From Armatimonadota bacterium (GTDB lineage: Bacteria; Armatimonadota; Fimbriimonadia; Fimbriimonadales; GBS-DC), in NCBI GenBank assembly GCA_037445735.1, contig JBBIJY010000002.1, positions 123,133 to 187,132 of the forward strand: a stretch of 64,000 nucleotides of DNA, read 5' to 3'. The translations under genes and the position numbers were made by a program. The notes below the pieces were generated by a model. The model worked only from the letters and a program-made list of their open reading frames with translations, made no database searches and was not told the DNA's origin. This document shows, in pieces, positions 1 through 10,340 of this stretch (position 1 is the first letter of the stretch; every line of letters starts with the position of its first letter).

Positions 1-3000
1 GGCGATGGTGTAGTGGATCCAGTATTCCCAGCCCGTGCTGCTGCGGACGGCGTACGGATTGCGTGCATCGGGCACGAACTCGGTCCAGACCGTGACATCG
101 GTCGGATTGCGCAGGGTGGCGGGCGTGCCGCTGATGTAGTTGGAGCCGAGCAGCCCCTGTCGGTTCGGATCGCGCAGGTTGAGCGTGCCCGTGACATTAC
201 CGCTGGCATCGCGCAACGGCAGCAGGTCGGGCAGGAAGCCGGTGATGGTGCGCTCCTCCTCGCCCGCGCGGTTCAAAATCGCGAGACGATTGCGCTCCGG
301 CTCCACAATCAGGAACTGGTTCTCGCCGTAGCGGTAGACGCGCGCGTTCGGCGTGAGCGGGTACTTGGCGAAGGCGGGTACGAACGAGCCTGTCGCAAAC
401 TCCAGCTGGCTGTTCTCGCTCGACCACACCACCTGACCCGCGCTGTCCACCTCCAGCAGGCGACCCTCGTCGGCGATCACCGTCAGCTGGCGGCTGTAAA
501 TCTGAAGCCCCTCGTTCGTGCCGACCACCAGCACGCCATCGCCGATGCTGACAGGCGATATGGCTGTATAGGGCAGACTGACGATAAATCGACGGAAGAA
601 CTCGCGCAGGAAGGCGAACGGGTTGCGCGAGATTTGAACATCGTTGACCAAATCGTCAATAAAGGGCCAGCGGATGACCGAGCCGTAGCCGAGGTTGGGG
701 AACGGGATGGTTCCCGCCTGCGCGTGGCGCGTGCCAATATCGGGCTGGTAGCGGCGCGGGTCGGTTGCCAGACCCAGCACGCCGTATATCTCCTGCCGAT
801 CGCTCACATTCGGGGGCAGTGCGACTCGCATGGGCAAATAGAGGATATCGCCCGCCACCACTGGCGGTCCCTTCGGCACCTCGCCCAGCAGCACCGCGTA
901 CCAGAGCAGGTTGTCCCACTTGCCAGCGTAGAGCTTCTTGCCGGGATCGAGCGGGTCACGGTCGGGGTCGATCAGCGCGTTGTAGGCGCCGACCGACACC
1001 AGCACAGGCTGCGAGATGCTGAGCGCGCTCAACAGCTCCAGCGAGCCGCCCGCCTGCGACTGACGGAAGCCACTCAGCCGGATTTGACCCGTCGCATAGT
1101 CCACCGTGATGAGCGGGTCAGGACTCTGCGGCGAGTAGGTCAGGCTCACCTGCGTGAAGAGCGACGGGTTAGCCCCTGACCGTGCATAATCGCGCTGGGT
1201 GAGCGTGATGGGCGCATCGGTCGCAATCGGCGCGCCCAGATCGATGATGAACTGCTCCGGCTCCGCATCGAACGCCAGCACGATTGTGTAGGGTATCGGA
1301 AGGAAGCCGCCCAGCCGCACTGTGCCAAGCCCCAGCGCGTAAACAACGCCGTTCGCGTACACAGGCGCCTCGATGAAGGAGAAGTTCATCGCGAGCGGCG
1401 CGCCGCCAGGAAAACTATGGCTGAAATTCAGGAGCGGACCCAGGAAGTCGGACAGATAGCGGTTCGGCTCGTTCCAGATGGTGGCACCGGGCACCGAAAC
1501 CATGTTTGCCTGTCCGCCTGCAGTCACGCGCTGCTGGTAGCCGCCGTGCGACTGCCAGCGCCAGAGGATGACGGAGCCACCGCCGCGCGTGCCAGCGGAA
1601 CTCCACTGCTCCAGCACGGCAATCAGGTTGCCGTTGTCTGTGTTTGGATCGCTGGAGCCGCCGTCAGAGGTGAGGGTGCCCGTGGTGATATACAGGACGC
1701 CGTTGGCGCCGAGTGTGAAGCCCTGCAGATTATTCGGCGGCATCGGGCTGCCTGTCTGGGAGGCGGGCAGGCTCATAAAGGTGCGCATCATCGTGCTGGG
1801 GTTATTCGCCGTTGCCCAGTCGATGTAATAGTCGATGTAATAGAGGTTAGTATTAACTGCGCCAGCATACGCCACACGCCCTGGCGAGCCGAAGTTGAAG
1901 GTACACAGGTCGGTGATTTCCGTAATCTGACCGGTTTGCGGGTTCAGCTCGTACACGCGCGGGCGCAGAGGGCTATTGGAATTATTATAGATTCGTGCCT
2001 GACCCGTGATTCGGCAGCGCAGGTAGCCTGTCGGGTTGCCGTTCGCATCGCGCTCTATGATGAGCTGCTCGCCTTTGGCGCCGAGCCAGAACGCCTGCAC
2101 GCCCTGTAGCGTTTGCGTGCCCTGTCCGCTGATGTCGCGTTGCGTGCCCAGATAGATGACCAGATCGCTGCCGCCGCCCTGCCCGCGATTGGGCACATAG
2201 CCCGCCACCGGCGGCACCAGCCAGTCGCCGATGCTGCTGTTGCGCGGCTGATACCACTCGGGATTCATCACGGGGTTCCGATCATCCGTAATGATATAGC
2301 GCGGTTCGGTGCCGTCGCCCAGATCGATTGCCCAGAAGCCTGCCGAGGGGCGCGTGCTGACCGTCAGCGTCGTGGGCACGATCAGCATATTATCCACCGC
2401 GATTGGCGCAGGCACAGGATAGTTTTGCAGAGCGGGCGAGGTGGCATTTGCACCGCCTGGCGCAGAGAGCGACCAGACGCGCTGCCCCTGGGGTACAATC
2501 CGCCCTGTGTTCGGGTCGCGCGGCAGCAGCCAGAAGCCGGCCGCCTCGCTCCCCGTGGACACAACCACCTGCGTGCCCTTCTGAGTCTCCACAATGACGG
2601 GCGGCGACACCTTGCTGGTGCCCAGATTGAACTCCCACACCTTATCGAATCGCTCGCCACGCTCCAGGTCAGGTACGCCGTCATCGGTGCGCCCGTCGCC
2701 GTCCAGATCGCGGTTCGGATTCGCATCGTAGCAGATGAGCTTGTCGTTGACCGTTGCTAACACCAGCCCGCCATACACCACCACGCCGCCGTTCTGGCGA
2801 GTAAGGTTAACCTGTGCGTCTTTCCAGAAGGTGGCTAACGGTGCGCCGTATCGTTCGGGTGTCGAGTTGGCGCGTCGCATGTTGAGCATATCGCTGGTGC
2901 TGTTGCTCGCCCAGCGCAGCAGGTTATAGGCGAACTTCAATTCGAGGGTGGGCACCGCCTCGATGCGGTCGGCACGAGCCGTATCGGGGATGGAGTTGTC

Positions 3001-3774
3001 CATGCGCACCATCGGCGCATTGATGGCGGCGGCGATGCCCGCCGCGCTCACGATGATGCGCCCTGCGCCGTAAGTGCCCGCCGCAATCACAAGCTGCGAC
3101 GCGCTGACGCCCGCCACCGGTTGCAGCAGTGGCTCCTGCACATTGATGATGCCGCCGCCGAAGCCGCGCCCGCGCGCCCCGATTCGCGCAATCTCGGCGG
3201 GCGCAAGTGTGTAATAGCCTCGCAGAAGCGGATGGTTCAGATTCACAAAGTTGATTGCTCCAGTGCCCGCGCTGAAATTCATTCGCGGGAAGAACAGCTC
3301 GCCCGTGCTGCCATTCGCGGGCAGGTCAATCCACAGGATGCCGCCCCCGTCCACAAAGCGGCGCAGCTTCTCCCGCATCTCGATGGTCATCCCGTTCAGA
3401 GTCGTGCGGCTCAACAGCAGAATCCGGTAGCGGGCGAGTTGCGTATCGCTCACCTTGCTCAGATTGACCAGCCAGTAGGCAGCCTGATGGCGCCCTGTGC
3501 CAGCGGGCGCCAGCGGGTTCTGGAACGACAGCCCTGGCGGCTTGATGTCGTTGCGCTGATCCATCGCGTAGAAGGTGTACACATCGCGCACGACAGAAAC
3601 AGGATTCCGGCTGCTGACGGAAGCGATTTCCTGATCGTTGAACGCGATGACCCCTGCGTAGATGGGCGCCACGCGCGGGTCGTAGTTGCGCCCATCCGCC
3701 AGCGCGCTCGCCAGCCACAGATTCAGCGCAGCGCCAATCGCCATCAGCCTGCCAATCGGTTTCGCCATTTTCAT
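1..3774 (-). CDS. Large secreted PQQ-like beta-propeller protein (PilY1-position gene of pilin operon), partial, runs off left edge, >1258 aa
   Basis: ATG at 3774 after AAGGAG. N-terminus MKMAKPIGRLMAIGAALNLWLASALA is signal-peptide-like. The track reports no ORF in this frame over 1-3774, consistent with a stop-free frame, and spot translations are open. Propeller-like segments include EAPVYANGVVYALG and GPPVVAGDILYL. Confidence 0.8.
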   Translation of the reverse strand, partial: MKMAKPIGRLMAIGAALNLWLASALADGRNYDPRVAPIYAGVIAFNDQEIASVSSRNPVSVVRDVYTFYAMDQRNDIKPPGLSFQNPLAPAGTGRHQAAYWLVNLSKVSDTQLARYRILLLSRTTLNGMTIEMREKLRRFVDGGGILWIDLPANGSTGELFFPRMNFSAGTGAINFVNLNHPLLRGYYTLAPAEIARIGARGRGFGGGIINVQEPLLQPVAGVSASQLVIAAGTYGAGRIIVSAAGIAAAINAPMVRMDNSIPDTARADRIEAVPTLELKFAYNLLRWASNSTSDMLNMRRANSTPERYGAPLATFWKDAQVNLTRQNGGVVVYGGLVLATVNDKLICYDANPNRDLDGDGRTDDGVPDLERGERFDKVWEFNLGTSKVSPPVIVETQKGTQVVVSTGSEAAGFWLLPRDPNTGRIVPQGQRVWSLSAPGGANATSPALQNYPVPAPIAVDNMLIVPTTLTVSTRPSAGFWAIDLGDGTEPRYIITDDRNPVMNPEWYQPRNSSIGDWLVPPVAGYVPNRGQGGGSDLVIYLGTQRDISGQGTQTLQGVQAFWLGAKGEQLIIERDANGNPTGYLRCRITGQARIYNNSNSPLRPRVYELNPQTGQITEITDLCTFNFGSPGRVAYAGAVNTNLYYIDYYIDWATANNPSTMMRTFMSLPASQTGSPMPPNNLQGFTLGANGVLYITTGTLTSDGGSSDPNTDNGNLIAVLEQWSSAGTRGGGSVILWRWQSHGGYQQRVTAGGQANMVSVPGATIWNEPNRYLSDFLGPLLNFSHSFPGGAPLAMNFSFIEAPVYANGVVYALGLGTVRLGGFLPIPYTIVLAFDAEPEQFIIDLGAPIATDAPITLTQRDYARSGANPSLFTQVSLTYSPQSPDPLITVDYATGQIRLSGFRQSQAGGSLELLSALSISQPVLVSVGAYNALIDPDRDPLDPGKKLYAGKWDNLLWYAVLLGEVPKGPPVVAGDILYLPMRVALPPNVSDRQEIYGVLGLATDPRRYQPDIGTRHAQAGTIPFPNLGYGSVIRWPFIDDLVNDVQISRNPFAFLREFFRRFIVSLPYTAISPVSIGDGVLVVGTNEGLQIYSRQLTVIADEGRLLEVDSAGQVVWSSENSQLEFATGSFVPAFAKYPLTPNARVYRYGENQFLIVEPERNRLAILNRAGEEERTITGFLPDLLPLRDASGNVTGTLNLRDPNRQGLLGSNYISGTPATLRNPTDVTVWTEFVPDARNPYAVRSSTGWEYWIHYTIA

Positions 3775-3786
3775 CGCCACCACTCC

Positions 3787-6444
3787 TTACGGACGAGCTT
3801 CGCCTGCATAAATCGGTTTCGGGCACACGGGCAGTTTCGGGATAGGCGGCAGGATGCGCCCCGGATGTTGCCCCGACGGATCCTGCGTGCTGTCATAGGC
3901 GACGCGAATCGGCTGATTGTTCACGCGCGGGTCGCGCAGGATAGGGTCATAGCGCATGAAGAGATTGACCGCATAGCGCCCGCGCCCCGATTGCGTATCG
4001 TGGAAGAACTCCTGATGCTGGTCGGGGATGGTCAGTCCCGAGTTGCCGTACTCGATGGGTATCCAGCCCCATTTGCGCAGCCATTCGGTCTGGTCGCCTA
4101 AGGGCGCGGTGAAGTTTTCGGCAATTGCGCCCACGATGGTGATTTTGATGTCGAGCGGCTCGCCATAGAAGGGAAACTCTGGCGAAGCGACCCCTGCAGG
4201 GCGCCGACCGTTGTTCGCTTGCGCGTTCGCGCGTGTGTCGCGCGGGTTGGTGTTGAACCAGTAGCCCGGTATCACGAAGAAGCAGCCCTCCTGCGCGAAC
4301 AGCACCGCCTCGATGCGAATATCCAGCGGCTGAACAACTGCCGCACTCAACCGATAGGGCGCGTTATCGGTCGGCAGCTGGAACTGGCTCGGATTCACCA
4401 GCGGCTGAAGCTGCAGCTGCAACAGATTCTCCACGCCGGGCGTCGCGTCCAGCGGATAGTTCGAGCCTGCCGGGGTCAGCACCAGCGTGAAGGCTATCTT
4501 CTCATAGTTCGGATAGACCTGAAAAGTGGTGCGCCCCAGCGGGTACATCGCGGGCGGAAAGCCCAGCAGATTGAAATTATAAAACGGGTTCTGGTTGAAC
4601 GACGGGTTCACCAGCAGGTTGATGAACGAGCCGACGCTGGCGGAGGCATGGCGCAGGTGGAGCTTCAGCCCACCGAAGTTGCCCGTGTAGGTCTGCGGGT
4701 CAACCCCGAAGCTGAACTGCAGCTGCATCGGGCGGTTGGGCAGCACCTCAAAATAGAAGGGCGATTCGGGGTTGGTGGGGTCGCCCTCCGCCACCGACGG
4801 GCTTTGCCATGTGCGCCGCACAAACTGCGTCGTGTTCACGCACACATAGTCCTTCGCAATGATTGCCAGCGTGGAGCGGGCGTCCCCCTTCACAAGGTTG
4901 CCCTCGATGTACGCCGTGCCGTTCGTTACAATCGTAATCTGTCGCCCCGATGGGATGATGCCCCGCACGCGCACATTGCCTTCCGCGTAGATGACGCCGT
5001 TGAAAGGCACGCGCAGCGCCTGCCGCTCCTGCTCGCTGCGACCGGGCACTTCGATCAGCTCGTTCGTCAGGAAGTTGAAGTTCGGGTTGCCCGGATCGGC
5101 GCTGCGGAAGAAGAATCGCAGCGTTTTGCGGTTGGTGGGCGTGCCAGTGTAGGGGTCGAACCACACATCGTTGGGCACGCTCTGGTTGCGCGTGATGCGG
5201 AAGCCCTGCTCGATAATCTGGTTGCCGTTGCGCACCTCATAGAGTTCGATATAGGCGCCGGGCGGCTCATAGAAGGGACCGTTCCAGTAGCGGGAGCCGC
5301 CGGGCTTGAGCCAGTCGCTGCGCAGGCTGTAGCCGCCGATCAGCCCGCGGCTCTCCTGCTGGATGTCCTGCGCGTTATTGATGTAGATACCGCGCCCGTA
5401 GCCGTACTGACCCGTGTTGTACCAGGTGCCGCTGGGGCGCTGGCGCCAGATGCCCGATTCGCGCGTGGCGGACACATAGCGGGGTCGTCCGGTGGCGGTG
5501 TCAACGGTATCCATGCGGGGCGGTTCCAGATAGGCGATGGAGCGCGGGAAGCCGTCGATGGCAGTGGTCGGCTTGCCGTCGCGATACAGCCCGCCGACCG
5601 TGAAGAAATCGGGGTCGCGGCTGGGCAATACGGGCGTCGCCCCTGCTGGCGTGATGACCGAAACGGTGGTGTTATCGTTGTGGATAATCTCGCCGGCGAC
5701 ATAGACCCGTTCGCCCCTGTCGGGGTTCAGTGCGATCTGTACATTGCCGCTCCAGCGGAGATTGCCGTTCACATAGATGGGCGCGAAGCCGACCTCGCGG
5801 CGCGTGGGATCGGGGTTATTGCTGTCGGGCACAGGATTGCCCAGAATCAGGCGGTAGGGCATGCCCAGCCCCACATCCTCCGCGCCGAACTCCATCAGCG
5901 TCGCCCGCTGATCGCGATTCATCACGAAGCGCAGGTAATCGATGGTGCCAATCTGCACATAGGCGACCTTCTCGCGGCGGCGCGTGATGTCCGCCCCGCC
6001 CAGCGTGGTCGGATCGTTCGGATCCACCAGCCCCGGTCGCCCGACCGATTCGATCTTGATCACAGGCTGGCGGTGGATGGGACCTGACGGTTGATAGCTC
6101 ACGCGGATCAGCGCGCGCCCTTTGGTGAAGTTGATTCGGGTGAAGCCGCCTGTGCCATCGGCAGGGTTATACGGCTTCAGCCAGAAGTAGTCAGGGTCTT
6201 TTGGATCGGTGATATTGTCGGGAATGGGGCGCCAGTCCGCGCCGTCCTCGCTGTTGACCAGCTGGTCGACCGCGTATTTGATGCCCGCGTCGGCGAAGTA
6301 GTCCGCGCTCAGCCCCTCGCGCGCCTGCTGCACATTCAGCAGGTTGCGGGCGATGGTCACGATGAACACGCCGCCCAGGATCAGCAGCACGAAGGCGACC
6401 AGCAGCGCAATCACCAGAGTCTGTCCACGCCGGGTATGTTTCAT
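3787..6444 (-). CDS. PilX/GspK-like minor pilin, very large (885 aa)
   Basis: Class III signal peptide RRG|QTLVIALLV lacks E5, as is typical of PilX/GspK, and is followed by an A..FADAGIKYA helix. C-terminal GVIYAEGNVRVRG..TIVTNG..YIEGNL beta-rich region. Confidence 0.75.
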   Translation of the reverse strand: MKHTRRGQTLVIALLVAFVLLILGGVFIVTIARNLLNVQQAREGLSADYFADAGIKYAVDQLVNSEDGADWRPIPDNITDPKDPDYFWLKPYNPADGTGGFTRINFTKGRALIRVSYQPSGPIHRQPVIKIESVGRPGLVDPNDPTTLGGADITRRREKVAYVQIGTIDYLRFVMNRDQRATLMEFGAEDVGLGMPYRLILGNPVPDSNNPDPTRREVGFAPIYVNGNLRWSGNVQIALNPDRGERVYVAGEIIHNDNTTVSVITPAGATPVLPSRDPDFFTVGGLYRDGKPTTAIDGFPRSIAYLEPPRMDTVDTATGRPRYVSATRESGIWRQRPSGTWYNTGQYGYGRGIYINNAQDIQQESRGLIGGYSLRSDWLKPGGSRYWNGPFYEPPGAYIELYEVRNGNQIIEQGFRITRNQSVPNDVWFDPYTGTPTNRKTLRFFFRSADPGNPNFNFLTNELIEVPGRSEQERQALRVPFNGVIYAEGNVRVRGIIPSGRQITIVTNGTAYIEGNLVKGDARSTLAIIAKDYVCVNTTQFVRRTWQSPSVAEGDPTNPESPFYFEVLPNRPMQLQFSFGVDPQTYTGNFGGLKLHLRHASASVGSFINLLVNPSFNQNPFYNFNLLGFPPAMYPLGRTTFQVYPNYEKIAFTLVLTPAGSNYPLDATPGVENLLQLQLQPLVNPSQFQLPTDNAPYRLSAAVVQPLDIRIEAVLFAQEGCFFVIPGYWFNTNPRDTRANAQANNGRRPAGVASPEFPFYGEPLDIKITIVGAIAENFTAPLGDQTEWLRKWGWIPIEYGNSGLTIPDQHQEFFHDTQSGRGRYAVNLFMRYDPILRDPRVNNQPIRVAYDSTQDPSGQHPGRILPPIPKLPVCPKPIYAGEARP

Positions 6445-6457
6445 CGTTTTCGCCTCC

Positions 6458-8377
6458 CTACTGCCCGCGCAGCTGCACGATGTTGGGCAGCTCGATCTGG
6501 GTGTTGAGCGCGTAGTTCACCGTGCGCTCCGCGCCGTAGAACTTCATGCCGACCTGCAGCGTCATCACGCGCCGTGTCTCGTAGTCCGCCACCGCCGAAT
6601 CGGTGGGCTGGTTGAACTGGTAGTAGAAGGTGACCATCACATTGTTTTCGCCGGGCGGAAGTGGGCTGTTCGGGTCAGAGTAGAACTCGATATAGCCGCG
6701 CAGCAGCGACGGCTCGAAGCCAAGAGTATTCAGCACCTGTTGCATCGGCGTGCTGTCGGTGTAGAGAATCCGGTACTGATTGGGTCCCACATCGCGGGTT
6801 GCGCTGGCGACACGCTGATAGCGGATGGGCTTGCCGTAGTTGGGTCCAGGGCGCTGATCGGGACCTATCACCACTTCCGAGCCTGCCACAATCGAAGCAT
6901 CAGGCAGCGCCAGATAGTTGCGCAGCGGATCGTCGACCTGTCCATCGTTATCGAGGTCAATCAGGCTGATATAACGCTTCACATTATTGATGTTATTGGG
7001 GTCAAGGCGATACTGGTAGTTGAATCGCCCGTTGATGGTTCTGGTGTCAGGGTTTTGATCGGTGGCGGGTGTGGCGTAGATGCCCGTGCTGAAGACCAGC
7101 CCCACCTGCTGATTGACCGGGTGATCCATCCATGCGCCCATCCACCAGGGGATGGCAAACTCCAGTTGACCCGCCTCGTCGTTCAAATAAAACGCCATCA
7201 TCTCGGTGCTATTCGGATCGGTGAGCGTGAACCAGCGGGTGTCGGGCGTGCCGCTCAAAAGCGCCTGGCGGAACAGCGTGAGGTTACATACCCGCTCGTT
7301 GATCTCCTGCCGCGTGGTCGGGTCGTACCGATAGTAGCAGAGATACCACTGGTCGACAGTGTCGTCGTAGAGCGTGTAGAAGTAGCGCAGAGGCTGGGGC
7401 GGGTTGCGCTGGAGCGAGTCGGGCGCACTGCGAAACACGAAGAGGCGGAACACATCGGGGTTCAGCGTCCACAAGCCGTGTGGGAACTTAATCTGGATAG
7501 GGATAATCGCGCCCATCTCGTCGCTGAGGGTCTGCGTTTCCACAGGCGAGCCTGCCTGATTCACGATCTGGGCGGGCTTGAACTGCAGCAGCGGCACCAC
7601 CTGCGGGTTGCCCCGCGAATCGCGCGTGAGATTGATCATATCGACCTGCCCGACGGGTCCAATGGGTTTGGCGACCTCGCGCCAGCCGCGCCAGTGGCGC
7701 CCGTAGAAGAAGTTCGGGTCATAAAAATCGGCAATTGTGTCGAACAGCTTCGGGTTCAACCGCCACCGATTGTTATTATCCTTCACATAGAGGGGGAACT
7801 CGGCGCGATACAGCATGGCGAGGTTCTCCTTCGCGGTGGCGGCGGTCATTGGCTCCTCTTCCGGGTTGAAGTAGGGCTGGTCAGGAACGCCGTCGTTGTT
7901 GCTGTCGGTATTGTCCTGCAGCCCGATGAAGTACATTACAATCGTGCGTCCGGGCGAGAGCGGCATCGCCAGCTCCGCGTCAGGTTCGCCGCGCCGACCA
8001 ATCGGGATTTCGGAGGTGGGGTCGTTCGACTCCTGAGACGGATCGCCGTAGGCGGGCGGCACCAGGATAATCATCGCGTTGCGCATCGGCACCGCGACGG
8101 GGCGATTATTACTGTCTGTCACCCAGATGTTGATGGTGCGGTGGCTGGTGTCGAACACATAGGCGGCGCGTTTGAGGTCGGTCTGAATCCGTTCGAGGGC
8201 GAGGCGGGTGGTGGTCTGCGCCTGCGATTGCACCTGACCCTGACGGGTGTAGCGGAAGCCCTGAATCAGGGGTATGAGCAGAAGCCCCAGCAGAACTGCG
8301 GTGATGGCAATCACCACCAGCAGCTCCACCAGTGTGAAGCCCTGCCGCTGCCCGATTTGTATCGTCCGTCCTATCAT
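6458..8377 (-). CDS. Prepilin-type N-terminal cleavage/methylation protein (PilW/GspJ-like), 639 aa
   Basis: RQG|FTLVELLVVIAITAVLL prepilin motif; ALERIQTDLKRA helix typical of PilW/GspJ. Confidence 0.8.
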   Translation of the reverse strand: MIGRTIQIGQRQGFTLVELLVVIAITAVLLGLLLIPLIQGFRYTRQGQVQSQAQTTTRLALERIQTDLKRAAYVFDTSHRTINIWVTDSNNRPVAVPMRNAMIILVPPAYGDPSQESNDPTSEIPIGRRGEPDAELAMPLSPGRTIVMYFIGLQDNTDSNNDGVPDQPYFNPEEEPMTAATAKENLAMLYRAEFPLYVKDNNNRWRLNPKLFDTIADFYDPNFFYGRHWRGWREVAKPIGPVGQVDMINLTRDSRGNPQVVPLLQFKPAQIVNQAGSPVETQTLSDEMGAIIPIQIKFPHGLWTLNPDVFRLFVFRSAPDSLQRNPPQPLRYFYTLYDDTVDQWYLCYYRYDPTTRQEINERVCNLTLFRQALLSGTPDTRWFTLTDPNSTEMMAFYLNDEAGQLEFAIPWWMGAWMDHPVNQQVGLVFSTGIYATPATDQNPDTRTINGRFNYQYRLDPNNINNVKRYISLIDLDNDGQVDDPLRNYLALPDASIVAGSEVVIGPDQRPGPNYGKPIRYQRVASATRDVGPNQYRILYTDSTPMQQVLNTLGFEPSLLRGYIEFYSDPNSPLPPGENNVMVTFYYQFNQPTDSAVADYETRRVMTLQVGMKFYGAERTVNYALNTQIELPNIVQLRGQ

Positions 8378-8421
8378 TGCCTGCTCGTCCCTATTTCTGA
8401 CCGTTCATTTAATTTTCAGGT

Positions 8422-8470
8422 TCCCCTCGCTCTTCACCTGACCCCTCACCTGTACCCTCTGGGGGAGAGT
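8422..8470. repeat. Degenerate CCCCTCACC/CCCTCT..GGGGGAGAG REP-like palindrome
   Basis: acccctcacctgtaccctctgggggagag resembles the repeat family at 23142-24245 and 52405-52625. Confidence 0.45.
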
Positions 8471-8474
8471 CGAG

Positions 8475-10325
8475 CTAATCTTTGCGGGTGAGCATCGTGT
8501 CGAAGTCGATTTTAACCTTGCGTCCGTCGGGTTCGTAGTAGAGTCGCACTTTGAGCGACAGCCCCTGCACGCCGCGGATGGCGACGCCCGTCACTTCGGG
8601 CGCCCAGCTGGCACCTGGGTGAAGCTCGGTCAGGTCGGCATACACATAGCCTGTGCCATCGGGCACTTCCGAGATGCGCAGAACACCGTTCACGCCCCGC
8701 CGAACCGTGTTGTCCTGACGATACCAGTATTCGCGCAGCAGAATCGTCTTGCCCGCCTCGCTCCGATTGAAGTAGAGTTTGCTTACCGTGCGACCTGCGA
8801 AAGCCGCTTCAGCGTCGTACCAGCAGGCATCGGCGGGCATGCCATTCAGCACCGGGCTGATAAAGTAGCGGTGGGCGGCTTTCTGCACGGCGAGCGCCCA
8901 GTTCTCGTGCGCCTTATACAGGATACGCAGCTTGCGCCCGCGCAGGTAGGCATTGTTGAGCTGGATCACGCCCGCCGTGTAGTCCACCGCGAAGCTGCCC
9001 AGCGCCAGATCGCCCCCTATCTGGCTGCTTTTCTGGATATAGGCGACCTGACCCGTCAGCATGTCAATCAGCACAATGTCGGGCTGTTGCTGGTCGGGGA
9101 GGTCTGGCAGGTTCAGCCCTTTATACTGACTCTGATCCTCTAACAGGTCGCCGTACTGTTTGATGTCGGTGAAGGCGAGGCGGATGCGCCCTGTGCCGGG
9201 CACGGTGTGTTCCTCGCGCAGGATGAACCAGTCGTACACATTGTAGTCCACATTGGCGACCAGCGGGCGCTGCCCCGCCCAGTAGCGCTCGTAGAAGCCG
9301 GTGCCCGCCGGGTTGAACGCCAGCAACCCCAGCAGCTGGTTCACCACCTTATATTGATAGGGATAGCTGGGGTCCCATGCGTCGCCAGGGCGAAGCCGTT
9401 CAAACAGCCGCGCCGCCGAATCGGAATCGGGCACGATACCCTGAAAGCCCGGCTCGTTGCGCACGGACGGGTAGTTGCTGGGATCCTGACCCGGCACGGG
9501 CAGGGTCAGATCCACCCACATGGGGAAGGGGCGTTGCGGGAAGGTCGGGTTGAGAATAATCACGGTGGAGACCTGCCGAATATCTTCGTGCCCATCATGC
9601 AGCACGCGATAGGAGTAGTCGATTTTGTAGGCGATGGGGCGATTGCGCAGCGGGCGCAACAGCACCCTGCCCTGCTCGTAGTCGATGCCATATTCGTAAG
9701 TTTGCAGGTTCCAGCGATATTCAGAATTCGAATCCATCTCGAATCGGCGCATGGGGTTGCCATACACCAGCAGGTAGCCGCTGGCGATGGGGTCCCACAC
9801 ATCGCCGCTGACATTCGGGGGCGGCACGGCGATGGGCGCAAAAGCGGTTTGATACAGAATCCCTTCGGTGAGGGTGTAGCGCGAGCCAAGATAGGGCGCA
9901 GGCGCCCCCAGATTGACCCGCTCGCCGATAATGCGCCGAACGCGATTGACCCCGCTGGCGTATTCGGGCGGCACATCGGGCGGCAGGTTCGGCTGGACGC
10001 CCATATCGTCGGGCGAGGTGGTCGGGTCAATCACCATCACCGTCTGCCCGTTCACAACCTCATATTTGATGGGCGCAATCATATACGGCAGGTTATCCTG
10101 CCGCCCCTTGAGCCGTTCCAGTTCCTGTTGCGCCAGGCGCGTCGCCGCCTCGCTCTGTCCGGAGCGCTTCAACGCCAGGAAGCCGCTCGGATAGAGCCGA
10201 ATGAACACCAGAATCGCGACCGCCAGTATCATGATCGCGACCAGCACCTCGACGAGCGAGGCGCCGCCCTGCCATCGCTTCTTCCCTGCCATCATCGGTT
10301 CTCGCTTACCCCATCCGAACTGCAT
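8475..10325 (-). CDS. Prepilin-type protein (PilV/GspI-like), ~616 aa; start could be a few codons downstream
   Basis: G|ASLVEVLVAIMILAVAIL motif followed by ATRLAQQELERLK, as in PilV/GspI. Confidence 0.75.
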   Translation of the reverse strand: MQFGWGKREPMMAGKKRWQGGASLVEVLVAIMILAVAILVFIRLYPSGFLALKRSGQSEAATRLAQQELERLKGRQDNLPYMIAPIKYEVVNGQTVMVIDPTTSPDDMGVQPNLPPDVPPEYASGVNRVRRIIGERVNLGAPAPYLGSRYTLTEGILYQTAFAPIAVPPPNVSGDVWDPIASGYLLVYGNPMRRFEMDSNSEYRWNLQTYEYGIDYEQGRVLLRPLRNRPIAYKIDYSYRVLHDGHEDIRQVSTVIILNPTFPQRPFPMWVDLTLPVPGQDPSNYPSVRNEPGFQGIVPDSDSAARLFERLRPGDAWDPSYPYQYKVVNQLLGLLAFNPAGTGFYERYWAGQRPLVANVDYNVYDWFILREEHTVPGTGRIRLAFTDIKQYGDLLEDQSQYKGLNLPDLPDQQQPDIVLIDMLTGQVAYIQKSSQIGGDLALGSFAVDYTAGVIQLNNAYLRGRKLRILYKAHENWALAVQKAAHRYFISPVLNGMPADACWYDAEAAFAGRTVSKLYFNRSEAGKTILLREYWYRQDNTVRRGVNGVLRISEVPDGTGYVYADLTELHPGASWAPEVTGVAIRGVQGLSLKVRLYYEPDGRKVKIDFDTMLTRKD

Positions 10326-10340
10326 CAGCGTGCCAGCCGC

